Notes: a model not told the origin generated them from the letters alone. 64,000 nt of DNA from Eledone cirrhosa (GCA_964016885.1 OZ024743.1:155124001-155188000), one strand, 5' to 3'. Counted from the first letter of the stretch, positions 26,986 to 42,100 are shown. A program made the numbers and translations.

Positions 26986-28460
26986 ACGATATTAAATAAA
27001 TGGAAACTATATTTATAAAACCATATTTATTTCATTATATATATTTAAGGGATATCATATTAACAATATGCTATGCCTTCCTCAGACAAAATACAATATA
27101 AACAGTTTTATAGATAAATAGATTTGACATACCGTACAACATCGACTTGTATTTGAAAAGTTGAATTGGCAGTGAAAAAATTGTAAACAGAAAGAAAGAA
27201 AGAAAGAGAGAAAAAAGGAAAGAAAGACAGAAAACGAAGAAAAAGAAGAAAAAGAAGAAATGCATGGAACATGTGGTTTATTTTTATTATTGTAGTATTT
27301 TCTAATATTTTTATTTTTATTTTTAATATGTAATATTTTTAATATGTAATATTTTTTCGTAATATTTTTTAATTTTCTATTTTATTATTATTTATTATAT
27401 TATTATTATTGTTGTTTTTGGTTTTTGTTTCTGATATATTTTTTATTAATATATTGAAATCTGCTCTCTATTTCTGCTTGATAGATAATCTTGTAGAGTA
27501 AAGACAAGAATAGTAGTAATATAGACTCTATATATATATGTGTATATATATACACATATATATATACTTAAATGTTTATAGCACAATGAGAATGTTTTCC
27601 GTGTGAACTTAGGGTTTGCAGAGTTGATCATGTAAATTCACATAGATGTTTGTAGTTATCATATAAACATATGAATTTTTTAAAACTAAACATAAGATCA
27701 TTACTTTTCACACATTATGGATACGTGTCTCATTCAGGAATACTGATATTTTCAATATAGTGCCTGCTTTTTATACATATTCATACTTCTACATTAAAAC
27801 ATAGGGTTTTTATGCCTCGCCTGTGTCTGGTTACTTTTCATTTTTCTCTCTATATAACAGCTGGTTTCTCTCCTAACCACATATATCTCCCTTACATTAA
27901 TACTAGAGCTAAATAAATAAATAAATAAATAAATGTATCATTGATACGTTTACTCAACGGATGTCCAACTACATATTTGTCTATATATATATATCTATCT
28001 CTATCTATTTCCTCTCTCTATATATATCTCTCTCTGTTTCTTTGCATGAAGTTCTTCTCTTTATCTATCTTTCCATCTCTCTATTTTGTTCCATGCATTT
28101 CTTCTTTTTCTTCTTTTTCTTCGTTTTCTGTCTTTCTTTTCTTTTTTCTCTCTTTCTTTCTTTCTGTTTACAATTTTTTCACTGCCAATTCAACTTTTCA
28201 AATACAAGTCGATGTTGTACGGTATGTCAAATCTATTTATCTATAAAACTGTTTATATTGTATTTTGTCTGAGGAAGGCATAGCATATTGTTAATATGAT
28301 ATCCCTTAAATATATATAATGAAATAAATATGGTTTTATAAATATAGTTTCCATTTATTTAATATCGTAAATATACTCCAAATACTTGTCGAGTGCTTTT
28401 ATATCAGTTATAAATATTTACTAGTTGTAACCCAACAATTTAAATATAACTTTCCATATA
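26986..28460. mobile_element. HHR family A tail-out inverted pair (26986-27272 minus / about 27980-28460 plus); ribozymes at 27028-27093 and 28261-28326 both carry GAAA>TAAA
   Basis: About 280-bp near-identical inverted repeat. Motif: TATTTTGT CTGAGGA helix II TAAA TATATA TA ATGAAATA. Confidence 0.88.
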
Positions 28461-28712
28461 TATATATATACATATTTTTAAATTTTTGACAGCGATACAT
28501 GACCCAGCTAACAGGACAGACACGCGTAGTAAGTAATACACACAAAAAAGCACGCACACATACGTACGAAACAGTAAACACATACACACACTCTCACACA
28601 TAAATATACATAAACAAACACAAAAACACATACATACACAAACACGCACACGTATACATATTAAACACACACACATATGTATATGTAATTATATACACAC
28701 ACACACACACAC

Positions 28713-28765
<53 letters not shown>

Positions 28766-28778
28766 TACACATACACAC

Positions 28779-28815
<37 letters not shown>

Positions 28816-29149
28816 AAATATATAAACGCACACACACACACACACACGCATATACGTAAACACACATATACATACATAGCTAAACAATTATACACATGCA
28901 AATACGTATATATCAAAAACACGCACAACCAAAAACAAATACACACACACATACACACACACACAACCACACACACACATATATACATAAAAAAATAATA
29001 ATAAAATAATAAACACACTCACACATATACATACATACATGCATATACATACATATATATATATATACATACATACACACACATATACACACATACGTAC
29101 ATATACACATGTGCATACACATACACACACACATATATACGTGTGTATG

Positions 29150-29376
29150 TGTAAAACTCAGTATTAGCAAAGACAAATGAACCTTACATAAACGTATATA
29201 TAGTAGTAGTAAGGTAATAAAGCAACATAAGGCAATTATTCCATTCACCAGAGGTTTCTTAAAAGCAAAAAATGTTTCCTTCAGTCTTCATAATGAAAAA
29301 AATTGAAAAAAACCTGGTTTATCCACATATATAAACATATACATACACAAATATACATATATGTACACATACACAA

Positions 29377-29427
<51 letters not shown>

Positions 29428-30065
29428 TACACACCCATATATACATACACACACACATACACACATATATATATATATATACACACATATATATACACAC
29501 AAAAATACATACACATACACATAGGTATGTGGAGGGCAAAACAAAAATAATATATGGGGGGGGGGCTAAGAGGAGGTAAACATATAAGGGGAGGTAAGAG
29601 AGAAAAAATTTTAAATATACAAGAGTACAGAAGGTAGAATCAGCAAAATAAAAACCGTAGCAGACGTAAAGAGCAGAGAAGGAGTTCAAGGCGGTTGATT
29701 TATCGTAGGAGTGTCAATCCAGTTACAGATCAGATGCGATTTCAGATGAGGATAGCATCTGAAGATCTCAGTCTTTGAGTTAAGGCAAGCGGAAGTGGCT
29801 CTCAAGTTTAGCAAAATCCTATACTTTTCTGTGGTACACAAAGAGCAATTCTTTGTGCCCCTTTGGTACTCCCTCGAATGGTCTAATATAGACCAATCAA
29901 TAGAGTACGGGATATTACTATCCTTGAGATCCCATACCTTACTTGCGAGCGCCGTTGATGTTCGTTTATCTGATTGTTTAAAAGAAGCGACATGTGAGTA
30001 AAATCTGGTTTTAAACCTGTCCTGGGTCATACCGACATATCGCTCACTTCTGGCTGGCTGGTTGT
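29150..30065 (-). pseudogene. PLE 3' fragment: GIY-YIG C-terminus (29686-30065), 3' UTR with internal microsatellite, decayed family B HHR (about 29238-29300)
   Basis: RYVGMTQDRFKTRFYSH...STAL...WDLK...IDWSIL...CSLCTTEK...LNSKTEIF. The HHR copy has an ATGAAGA core and GTG at the cleavage site. Confidence 0.88.
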
Positions 30066-30258
30066 TGATATATATATATATATATGTATGTATGTATGTG
30101 TGTGTAAGTATGCTTTTGTTTTTTTTTGTGTGTGTGTTTGCATGCGTCGTTTTATTTTATTTTATTTTTCCTTTCCTTCTCCCTTCTCCAGCCTCACTTT
30201 CATATAGATTGTATTTTTTGGTTTGTAATCCAAATTCAATAAACAAACCAGCTTTTTC

Positions 30259-30315
30259 CCGTTCTGAGGATTGAAAGCAAAACCTTTTGCTTTTAAGAAA
30301 CCACTGGTAAATGGA
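30259..30315 (+). ncRNA. Type I hammerhead ribozyme, family B, canonical core
   Basis: CCGTT CTGAGGA TTGAAAGCAAAA-cc-TTTTGCTTTTAA GAAA CCACTGG TA AATGG. Confidence 0.85.
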
Positions 30316-30429
30316 ATAATTGCCTTATGTTGTTTATTACATAATAATAATAATTAAGCTCTGTTGCATACATAGAGCACTCTTTTTTCCTGGACTTTTC
30401 CGATGGAATTACTTCATTCACACATATAT

Positions 30430-30481
<52 letters not shown>

Positions 30482-31398
30482 GTGAGGGTTTTTTTTACAG
30501 AATGAAAAATAACCGGTGTCCTACACGAGTGAAAGTATAAGGAAAAAAAAGATGAAATCGAAAATGTGAGTATTATATATATGGAGGAAGTAGGAACACT
30601 TCTGTGAAGTTATTTCAAATTAAGGTTTGTTGTACTGCGTTTAATCGAGAAGCCATCTTCACAATCTTCCATATAAGTAAGCTTTTAATTTACACTTATT
30701 GAAATATATGAAAAATTGTCGCACTGTTTTCTGTGAAGTGATATGTCCCAACCTTAACTTCAATATATAGTTCACTTAATCATTGAAACCAATATATATC
30801 TGAGAAATTTCATTATTATTTTCCTTGCTCGGTACTACCACTTCGATTCGCTGGCAAAATATATCATTCAGACATAGGCATCCGGTCGTAAATCTTCAGA
30901 TGTATATGAACAATATACAATTGCAGATATCTTTATTCCACTATAAGTTGGATAATGAGTACCTGCAAATGACATTTGATGACTTTTTTCGACATGCTGG
31001 TGTGTTAGCAATTTAATATATATATACGAGGCCTGAAAAATGCGCAAGATCAAGAGAGCCACAGAATGTTATAATAAACCTTCAAAAGCGTGGGACTAGA
31101 GCTGTTGCTCAAACATATTGTAATCATTATCTACCATACATTCTGTGGCATCCTTTTATAAAAAAGAGACCCATAACGAACCCAAGCAACACGATCATTA
31201 TTTAAATGAATTTATAATATAGAATTCTGTTTAAGTGCATTTCGTATTAATTATTACTAAATGTCTAATATGAGATATTGAACATCAGCTTAAACCAACC
31301 ATACCTTTCTGTTTACACTATTTCACTTAGTTTATTCTTAGAGTGTAACATATAAAAATATGATTTACAACTATAAGGTAAATTAATTATTATAATAA

Positions 31399-31486
31399 CA
31401 GGGCTGCGGAGCTGGAATTTAGGAAATAATGGAGTATCGGATCCGGAGTTGGAGCCAGTCAATTGTTGGCCGACTCCGCAGCCCTG
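31399..31486. mobile_element. 88-bp hAT-type MITE
   Basis: Terminal inverted repeats CAGGGCTGCGGAG / CTCCGCAGCCCTG; flanks tataataa / tataatac (8-bp target-site duplication, 7/8 match). Confidence 0.85.
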
Positions 31487-31844
31487 TATAATACATTTCA
31501 TATTAAAGTTATTAATAAACTTATTTTACACTGCATGCAAATTACCATGAGATCGTGATGTTAGATATAAGATACAGCCGAATATCTACATCTGTAAAAG
31601 TACGAAAGCGAAGTAATGATAAGTGGCTTAAGGTAATTCCAATATGACATTTGCAGTGATAACATTTGTATCACACAATACGATTGTTAATGTTATTGTT
31701 CGATGAAAATGTAACAATATATAACTAAATTATTTTAATATTAGTATATTTATAAAATTATCCTTATAGATTTGATCGTTCATATAAGCATCACATTAAT
31801 TTTCAACACAATTATTTTGTTACTATGAGTATATGATAATAATT

Positions 31845-32002
31845 GTTTCTACATTTAGCACCAGGCCAGCAATCACCTAGTGCATTACTGGTACTTTATT
31901 TTATCGACCCCGTAAGGATGAAAGGCAAAGTTAACCTCGGCGGGATTTGAACTCAAAGCATGGCGTCCGACCCTCTACCGATACTGCCAATCCACCTCCT
32001 TT
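31845..32002 (-). mobile_element. tRNA-derived SINE with Meta-domain-like core
   Basis: Reverse complement: A box TGGCAGTATCGG, B box GAGTTCAAATCC, then GCCTTTCATCCTTACGGGGTCGATAAAATAAAGTACCAG. Confidence 0.85.
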
Positions 32003-32266
32003 GAGTATATGATAATGATATTACGTAATTATTTAGAGCAGTTATTACATTAAACATAGATGTATTTATTGTGAGATGTTTATAAAGAATGCTACAGAAT
32101 GTACGATAGATAATGATTACAATATTTTTGAGCAACAACTCTAATCCCACAATTTTGAAGGTTTATTATAACATCTGTGGCTCTTTTGAGCTTGCACGTT
32201 TTTCAGGTCTAGTTTAATATTTCTTAAGGACACGCTTGTAATAACTCTAGTTAAACATGATATATA

Positions 32267-32985
32267 TTAATAATAAATTATCGGTGTAAGAACACACAGA
32301 AAATTGCGCATACCAACGGATCTGGAGAACACACTCTGCACGTGAATATGTGCTTCCTTGCGAAGATTGGTGTCGATTATCGTCTTTTTATACGATTTAA
32401 CAAATCTGTGCACCAAGATCTGATGCTGCATCCGGAAGTCAAGTATTATTTCTAGTTTCCTTATTCGAGGCAAATACCGCTTACGAATAACATTTTTGTT
32501 TTTATAGTAAGCTTTCTGATAAGACTGTATATTATCAATTCTATACACAGACTCACTTCGCAGATCTGTACTCGGCCTGCTTTTTAGCCAACTCGGTACG
32601 TTTCCTAGCACTATGCTCGGCTTGTTTTTTTACATATAACGACTGAATTTGCAGATCTATACACGGACTGCTTCTTTACCAACTCATGCCGTTTTGAAGA
32701 TCTATGCTCGGCCTGTTTTTGCTTTATTTTAGCCGTATTCGCAGCTCTATAATCGGACTGTTTTTGTCAAAACTTCTCCCGATTCTGCATCTGGTAAGCT
32801 GCTTTCGCGTCCAATTTAATATGGCTGTCTGGAAAGCTTGTGGGACCGCATGATTGAAAGAAGATGAACTGCCCGCAACATCAAGACCCAATTCACAAGT
32901 CCGGGACTGCTCATTCACATCGGCAGTGGGGACACCAAAATCGGTGACTGGTCCCGATTCAGTTGCGGGATACATCACGAACCTG
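32267..32985 (-). pseudogene. Decayed coding exon with a 15-aa repeat (KQxxYRxxNxxxxxx), probably transposon- or virus-derived
   Basis: Acceptor tatttgcag|G near 32985; KQSDYRAANTAKIKQ / KQAEHRSSKRHELVK / KQSVYRSANSVVICK / KQAEHSARKRTELAK / KQAEYRS, with a stop and frameshifts. Confidence 0.55.
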
Positions 32986-35418
32986 CAAATAAATACTTAT
33001 TATTAGCTTAAATAAATACAAAATAAGAGGAAATAACATTTGTCATACTTATATTCAGATATAAATACGCCAATTTGCGATCGAATATATTAATAATATC
33101 AAAAGTATTTAAAGGCACGTGACACCTGTAGTTGATTATCATAGTAAACTCACTACATTAAATTAAAAATTGATATGTTTTTGTACAAATTTAAAAAATA
33201 TGACATTTTACAATTACAAGGTTATTTTAGAACACAATTTTACAATTACAAAGTTCTTTTTGAGTCAAAATTACAAAGTTTACAATCATAATATGACTGC
33301 CAGATCACTATAAATTATCAATTTATTATTGAATATACCCTATCTTGGAGTGTTTTAAAAATGTTTACAAACAAAAATTTACAAACTTTTGTAAAGACGA
33401 TAGTTTTAAAAATATTTGTACAAACATTTACAAACAACATTTAAAAAAGATTAATTTTACACATTTTTACAAAGTTTTTAGAAAAATTATTCTTACAATT
33501 TTTCGCAAAGAAAGTGCAGTTTGTATTACAATCCGAACCCTGCCTATATTCCATTACACTATATAAAGATGAACAAGTTACAAAGATATTGAATAAATAT
33601 ATTTTACATAGTAATTGTTATAGTTGAATTAATAAAAATTAAATATTACATACATAATTACATACATAATAATAAAAAAAAATAATCTAACATAATAATA
33701 ATAAAATGATCTAACATAAAACGAACAATAATATGGACATATATACAAGTAAATATGATACAACCAATATTCTAAGCATGTTATAACGAACTGAAAAAAA
33801 AATAGTTAATACAAATTTTAAAAATCATATATAAATTAACGATATAACTTACCATAACGAGAAAAATATTTTGATGATAAAACGACAAAATACAGGAGAG
33901 AGTTTCGAAAGCTAAACGATAAATAAACGTGCAAACAAAACGCCTTTGAGCAACAATTACTCTAGTTGGTTGATTAGCCAATAAGACGATGAAATTAGCC
34001 AATAAGACAATACATTACAAAACATATTTGGAAGGAATCGCCACGGCTAGCGATACCCCTTGAATATGTTATTCACAAGCAACGCATATATTGTCAGACA
34101 ACATGCAGACTTAAAACATTATGTTGTTAGTCACTGCGTGTCTAACATATATATATATATATATATATATAGTGTGTGTGTGTGTCTGTGTGTGTGTATA
34201 TGTGTGTGTGTGTATATATATATAATCAAAACATAAAGAGTGAAAAGAGAACGGAAAAGGCAAGAATGACAGAAAATAGACGTGTGTGTATGTGTGTGTA
34301 TGTATGTGAGTGCGTGTGTCTGTCTGTCTGTGAGTGGTGTGTATGTGTGTGTATCTGCCCGGGTGTGCGCGAGTGTATGTGTTATTGTATGCATGACTGG
34401 TTGTGTATTTGTCAGTTTTAAAATTTGTAGATAATTTAAATTTTATCACAAATATTTCGAATACATTTTAAAAAATTCCACCAACCGCTAAAATTACACA
34501 AATAAATGATTACCAGTGCTCTAATTATATACCAGTCAATACCAATATTATCATTTATACATGAGATGTCCAATTAACGACTTAAGATTACAAACGATTA
34601 TTTATTAGCGTGGTTGAATCCTTTTAGCTATAAATTATATCATATCATAGGTTCATTTTAAATTGTCTTTAAGAAATAGATTCTACACCTCACCCCATTA
34701 AATATCACTCACAACTGTTTAATGAGTTGTCAGTCATTTCTAAATCAAGCATGTCCCAGTAGTCTACTTAACAACGGGATCTAACATATATATACAGATA
34801 TCGGAACAAACTAAACACTATCACGCTTGGTATTTACATTATCTTTCGTATATTTTAATAAAAATCTTGTATTCATCACAAACAAGAATGTTTTAGATAT
34901 TATCCCAGCCGAACTTCTGTATTTATTCTAGTTTGATCCATCTATTTTGATTGCAGTTACAACATAGCAACACATCTCTAGATCTCAAACTGGTTTTCAA
35001 AATCGGGAAACTGGAAAATATTGTAGTTTAATATAGATAAACATTCTTAATTTATTTCTATGGTATATTTAAATCTTTTTCTTCATATTTCTACTCGTGT
35101 GGAAAATGGAACACGCATTACGAGATAGCTTCTATGTAAGGTTTCTCTTGAACGCTATTTGTACTATGTAACATGATAGATCTTGTTGTATAGAGGGTGT
35201 TCGTCGGCGGCTAAACCGGCAACCGCGGCAAGCTTGCTTTGTGAGACAGATTTTTAGAGAACCTGCAGGTGGAAGAAGAACACACCTCAATGACGGGACG
35301 AATTCAGAAGAATCAACTGTCATCCTATAAGGAATATACATATGTACATATATATATATATATATATTGTGAAAATAAAACAAAGAAGCCTTCAATACAT
35401 CAAAAGTCTTTATTAGCC

Positions 35419-35454
35419 AACAATGTTTCGTCCTATTAAGGACGAAACATTGTT
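35419..35454. repeat. Perfect 16-bp-arm palindrome made of two HHR 3' halves sharing helix II
   Basis: aacaatgtttcgtcct-atta-aggacgaaacattgtt reads GTCCT-loop-AGGAC GAAA CATTG TT on both strands. Confidence 0.7.
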
Positions 35455-36450
35455 TTATTTTCATAATTCTTCGGCTCTGTTTAATTACGTTGAGCTATAC
35501 CTTTTACTGTCATTTCTATAATACGAAGAGGGTGTTTAACTCCAACACGCTCCAGTATTTTAATACTTATATATATATATATATATATTTGAAAAAAAAG
35601 AGAATAATGACTTCACTTGTAGTTCTAAACAATTTGATTAATATTACAATATTATGATTTGGTAGATATAGTTAGATATTTGTTAACTTCGGTGGAAAGA
35701 TTTTTCAAAGTTCTTGGTTAACTTTCGTGGAGAATATTCACGCATTCGTTTGTGGCGATTGTGAAACTGAGATCAGGTTGGGTTGTATTGTGACTCTATA
35801 TATAAAAGAGATGTGGGTGTGTATACATAATGAGTGTGTGAGTGAATGAGTGTTTAAAATGTAAAGGAATTAAATCATATATATATATATATATACATAC
35901 ACAAATACATATATATACATATACACATATATACATATATATACTCAGAAAATAGTGAATGGTAACAGTAAGATAATTGATTGGGAGGGGTGTTCATTTG
36001 TTTAAGTGTGTTTAAGAAAGGTGCTTTAAAATTGCCCTCCTGCTGGTTCCATTTAAATAAATGACCTTTGATGAATATAATACCAGGATGTTATTCAAAT
36101 TAGTTTCTTATAGCTGAATCACCTATCTTAAATTCATATTTAAGGTGAATTTATGGGTGTTTCTGGTGGTGAAGGGGGTTAATGATGTGTAATATTTCCC
36201 TCATGCTGGTTCCCATTCTGTCATCCCATTCTTATCTTTTGATAACAAAGGGATGACAGTAGAGAAAAAAAATTAGGATAGTTTTGGATTGTTTTTCAGA
36301 AATGTATGTTGGTTATATTGGTTTGGGAGAGGAGTGTGTGTGTGTGTGCGGGAGATGCTAGCTCACATATTCACTTCCCTAACATTTAAACATACATACA
36401 GCCCATATACACACATATACACACATATACATAAACATAGACACACATAC

Positions 36451-36482
<32 letters not shown>

Positions 36483-36649
36483 GCACACACACACACACAC
36501 ACACCCACACCCACACACACACACACACACATATATATATGTATATATATATATATAAACAAATGGAAACTATATTTATAAAACCATATTTATTTCGTTA
36601 TATATATTTCTGGGATATCATATTAAAAATATGGTATGCCTCCCAAAAG

Positions 36650-38518
36650 ATTCCACCCTACATACATTTACATATATACATATATATAGACATAAAATAT
36701 AAGATATACATTAACATTTAAAATAATATTCACTTGCATGATTATCGATCAAGCATAGAGTAGACAACAGATATCAATATTAAAAATTAAAAACGCCAAG
36801 AATATCTTCGTCACTCCACAGAGTATCTAGGGACGCAAGAGAACATAGTATGCCACGCATATCGGTCACATAAAATCAGAATCAAAAGCAAACTAAACCA
36901 AAATTGTTCACCAAGCCTTATTTAGCAGAAATCATTCAAAACTTATTCTACAAATGCTCTTATATTTATTATAGAAGTTTATCCAGCTTAAAAATGTATT
37001 CAAAAGATTGGGAATAACGCCAATTTTAGGGTAGTTTATTTAATCTCATTAATTATATATTCATGCAGAAAGGTTTTAAAAAAAAATTGAAGGAATCGAA
37101 AGATTTATCGCCAAGTTTCATAAATAGTTAAATATCTTAAGTAAATATACTACATTTTATACTACATTTTAAATTTATATTTATATTTAAAAGTTGAGTT
37201 CATTCTATGTCTGCAGCAGCTGAATACATTGGTTCGTAAATTAAGGGAATTTTTAGATTTTAGTATAAAGAATATCTCCTCCGCGCAGAGGTCATTTGTC
37301 TCAGAAGAGGAATTAAAAGGAATCCCTTTTGAGACTATATTCCAAACCATCGAATATCCAACTTGATCATGCTTAAGTTGCCAGAGTAACCCTGACAGCG
37401 ATGTTGAAGATTTTTTATTTGGATCCGTGAAAGAATTTTTGTGATTATTATAGCGAAGTTTAAATTCTGTCGAGGTGGAACCAACATAATTAAAAGAATT
37501 TAAATCAGTTCTAACATTACAGTTGTATATTATATTTTTAACTAAGCAATTGTTATTTAGCGGACATTTAGATCTATCTCTACATTTACAGTTTTTTACT
37601 AGAATATTGTTTAGGCTATTTTCGGTATTTTGGCTAGGTTTTAGATTCCTATTATTTATTCTATTAATATTTTGTGCTAAATTTTTGGTGGACGAGTACG
37701 TTAATTTTATAGTATGTCTATTGAAAATTGAGTGATACTTATGTGTTCTAGGGAAGCGTTTGTCAAGAGCATTAAAAAATAGTTTAGCGATGTGGGTTTT
37801 AATGTTTAGTGAGACAGGGGGGGTGGGGGGGGGCAAACCATATTATATTTCTAGTTCTATTTCTTTTCTGGTTTTTGAGATTATTGTAGTGCTTTCTATT
37901 ATAGTTGTTAAAGTTATTACTGTAATTAAAATTGTTGTTATTTTGGTTAGTTTGTCTATTATCGATGTACATAATTTTATCACTATATCCTGCTCTAGCT
38001 AAAGCTTCATTATAATACTGGGCTTTTTCGTCAAAAATATTTTTATTGGTAGAGATTCTAGAGATACGTTTTTGAACAGAGTTCACTATAGTATTTTTGA
38101 CAGATCTGGGGTGATTGGAGCTAAAATTGACATAATTCAAGTTTTCATTTAACTTGTGAAATGGATAGTGAAGACGTGTGTTGAGATTAAATGTTACGTC
38201 TAGGAAATTGACTATTCTATGGTTATTCTCAATTTCTATTTTTAGATTAAGGTAATTAAAAAATTGTATAATTTGTTTTCTTTTCTTATTTAGTTCAGAG
38301 TTATTATTTTCAATAAGTAAAAGCATGTCATCTCTATATAAACCTCCGGTAACACCGGGTATTTTCCTATGCAGCGAATTAATTATAAATAGGCCCACAA
38401 GGTCCGTTACCTGAGCTGAGTCTGATGATCCCATAGTAATGTCAAAATTATTATCTCTATCTGCCCTAGTCCATAGTTGGTTATTAAGTTCTATCAAAGT
38501 TTTCCTTCTCTCTCCCAT
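36650..38518 (-). pseudogene. 5'-truncated Hydra-clade-like PLE (RT C-terminal half + GIY-YIG; frameshift near 37820), flanked by inverted family A copies (36556-36642 minus, 38519-38930 plus)
   Basis: FDITMGSSDSAQVTDLVG, LYRDD, VNFLDVTF, IIWFAPP, CKCRDRSKCPL, YVGSTSTEFKLRYNNH. Confidence 0.93.
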
Positions 38519-38732
38519 ATCTCCTTGTCTCTCTATCTCGCTCTGTTGTTTTTCTTTACATACATCTCTTCATTTTTTTATTTACATACATCTCTTCATC
38601 TTCTTCGTCTCATCTTCGTTTTTCTTTCTATATAACTGTCATAACAGTTTCACTACCAAATACACTTTTTAAATGGAAGTTGCATTATTATAAGGTATGT
38701 CAATAATTATTTATAAAACAGCTTATGTATTG

Positions 38733-38798
38733 TATTTTGTCTGAGGAAGGCATACCATATTTTTAATATGATATCCCAGAAATATATATAACGAAATA
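38733..38798 (+). ncRNA. Type I hammerhead ribozyme, family A
   Basis: TATTTTGT CTGAGGA aGGcATAcCATATT-ttt-AATATGaTATcCCa GAAA TATATA TA ACGAAATA; 8-bp helix I. Confidence 0.8.
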
Positions 38799-39109
38799 AA
38801 TATGGTTTTATAAATATAGTTTCCATTTGTTTAATATCGTAAACCTACTCCAGAAACTGTTGAGTGCTTTTATATCAGTTATAAAATATTTACTCGTTGT
38901 AACCCAACAATCTTAAATAAAACTTTTGCATATATATATATATATATATATAAACATATATATACATGCATATACATACACATATATTCATATATACACA
39001 CATACATGCACACACGTGTATACACATACCTGTCCTCCTACAAGTATACATACAATCACATCTGCACACACGTATTTATACACATCTACTCAAGTACATA
39101 AGTTCACAT

Positions 39110-42100
39110 AAACATTGGGGTGAAAGTGCGGGTGTAATCAACTTCTACTTAGATATTTTTCATTTTTCAATATGCAATTTTTTAAGAAAAGAGAAAGGGG
39201 GAAGAATCCCATTATCTGAACATGGAATATCATTTTTTTGTGTTCTGTAGTGGTTTGTACTTCCTAATTAAGAATTGTTCTTTATATTTTCGGAAATGTT
39301 CGTTGTCCGACCATATCTTAAAAAAAGAGGAAAATTGTGAATTTTCCCTTTCCACATGTTGCGAACTGTTCACTGCATGTTGTGTTTTTGACAGTGGGAT
39401 GTCTAATGTGTTGTTTATATACTCGACCTCATGTAGACCCATTCCGGTTTCACCAATGTAGTATTCTTTATATTGTGGGCAGGCTGCACAGTAAATTAAG
39501 TTTGGGGTTTTTTAATTCATGTTTGCATTAACCTTGAAAATCTGATAATTTAAAAGTAGATTTGTCCACCCTCTTCAATATGATCACACGTTCCGCATAG
39601 AGAGTTCCCGCATTTCTTAACTTGTATTGTTACATTATCAGACGTATATTTTCCTTGGTTTAGGTTGGGTGCTTCGCGTCTACTATATATTATTTGTGAG
39701 TCATTTATGGGCACTGCTGGAGATTCGGGAGTTATTGCTTAGCGGCTTTCACTATGTTGAACTTGGATTTTGAGTGATGACAAATGGGATAAATGTTTTT
39801 TCCATTTTATTTTGTTGGTTTCTTTTTCTCAGTATTGTCACTGGGATGTCCTGAGCATTAGAGATGGCCGTATTGATGAGGTTCACCGGATATTCTTTTC
39901 ATATAAGGAACTCTTTTAGTTTATATAATCTTTTTTTTCCTGTAGCGTGTGGTGTGTTACTATGGTGCGAATGCATCTTACCATGTTAAAGGGAATGTTC
40001 CTTTTGGAATGTGAGGGGTGTGCCGATCGGAAATTCAAGTATTGCTGCGTGAAGAATGTTTATGATGGAATGGAATCTTTGCAGCAGGTCTTCTTGTCTT
40101 CTATTCCAGAAGACGAAGCAGTCGTCTAGGTTGCGTTTCCAGTTGTGATTAATGTAGTGGCGAAGTCATGACTGAATGTTCCCTGCATTTGGGAATATAG
40201 TTATGCGTTTAGGTGACCCATAGCCAGTGTTGCATATGTTGGGGAAACTTTGGTGCCCATGGACGTTCCTTTTATTTGTAAATACAGTTTGTTATCTAAG
40301 AGGAATGGTTGTTCTCCAATACTAATTTGAGTCCTTTCAAAATAAACTTTTGGGGGAACCTCACTGAAATATAATCTGGGTGTTTGTAATCCAGAAGTCA
40401 ACAGGCTTCAATTCCTAAGTCGCTTGTGGTGTTAGTATATAAGCTTGTTACGTCAAAGTTGACTAAGTTTGTTTCTTGGTGTATTTTAGGGGGGATATAG
40501 TTCAGGAATTCCATATCATCTCTGATGATGCTTGGCACTCTTTTACATAAGAGTTTCAGTATGATGTCTAATAGGTTGCTTAGACGTTGTGTGCTTAAGG
40601 CTGGACCAGCAACAATTGGGCGTAATTTTAAATCTATTGCTTTTGGTACTTCAACATATGATGTATATTTGCTTTTATGTTGTTTTGGATTTGTGTGGAT
40701 TTGTGAACTTTCGGTAATCCAAATATTTGCTTGTTTCCATTTCGAATTTGGTTATGTAATTGATTTCCTTCAGCGTGAAGTTGTATTGGTACTTTGTCGT
40801 CAGTTTGACTACTTGAATCATCGATTTTCTTTCTTTGCTTTTGCTGATTTTCCTGTAATAACACTCGTCATTCAACTATTTTAGGACCATATACTTGTAG
40901 TGGTGTTTGTCCATTATGATGATTGCTCCACTTATGTCGGCTTCTTTTCTGATTACTGAGGAGAGTTTTTGTAGTTTGTTTAGTGCTAGCAGTTGGTCTG
41001 TAGGAACGTTGCGTTTGTGTTTCCTCTCTGCCATAATTGACTGTGCCGATCGTCGGAGGAAGATTATCTATTCCTCCCGGTATTTGACTCTATTTAACGG
41101 GGGTTTGAAGTTCTTTTTGTTTTTCACTCGTGATTCCTCCTTGTAGAATACACCCTGGAAGAATTTTCCAAGACGTAATTTTGGACAAAAATCTTTTATG
41201 TGTTTTATAAGTTCCACCTGATCTGCTTTCGGAGTGGGTGTCAATTCCAGTCTATTTTCTAGCAGTTTGATTTCCTGTTGTGTTAGTTTCTTGACCGGTA
41301 TGTTGTTTATTTTTGGTTCCTTTGGGGTTTTCTCGTCGAGTGCCTCTTCAAGGGTGGTGCTTTTTTTTCTTCTTTATTTGGTCGCAGGTACCTTGTCCTA
41401 AAAAATAATTGCAATTTGAGATAGCGGTGTTTCTGTTGTGGTGAAATATTTTGTTCACTTGCATTACATGTTCATAATTTTCAAAACGGTAGGACCTTGT
41501 TTAGTGGTTGATATATGGGGTCTGGTCATTCTGCTGTTCCCTTCGGTCGTCATATGGTTTTGACTTTGCCGTTGGTAACTGTTCTTGAGGTTTGATAGTA
41601 GTTGTATCTGGTTCTGGTGTTTACTATTTGGTCTGTGTATAAGTGTGGGTTTGGGATTGTCCGATCTCTGGTTGATGTTTGTTTAATGCGTGAGAATTCT
41701 TCATTTCTTATGCTTTTGAATATTCCCGAATTTGAGGGTTTCTTATGGGCTTGTTTTGGGGATTTTATTTAGTCTTTACTATATTTCTCTCATATTCTTG
41801 TAACCATTGTGTTCTTGACTCCAAGATTTTCTTTGATGTTAATTCCTCTCTCGTTGTAACACTCTTCCATATGTCAAATAGTTTTTTTCCCGTACATTGC
41901 CACTGCTTTTTTTGTTTATTTCTTCTCGAATGTTGGTGTCGCATTTTTTGAATTTTTCTTTAAATTTTGGCACTCTTAGACGGATTAGAATGATTTCTCT
42001 CTCAAGTTTCTGGCGTGCTAAATTTAGTCTTATTTTGGTTTCTTCATTTGTTTTGCGATGTTATTTCTTTAATTCCGTATTTTCTCGCCATATCTCGTCT

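Larger units (their letters stand above)
31028..32211. repeat. About 135-bp diverged inverted repeat pair (31028-31163 / 32078-32211) enclosing a MITE and a SINE
   Basis: cctgaaaaa.g.gcaag.tcaa.agagccacag...ttgtaatcattatcta appears on opposite strands. Confidence 0.8.
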
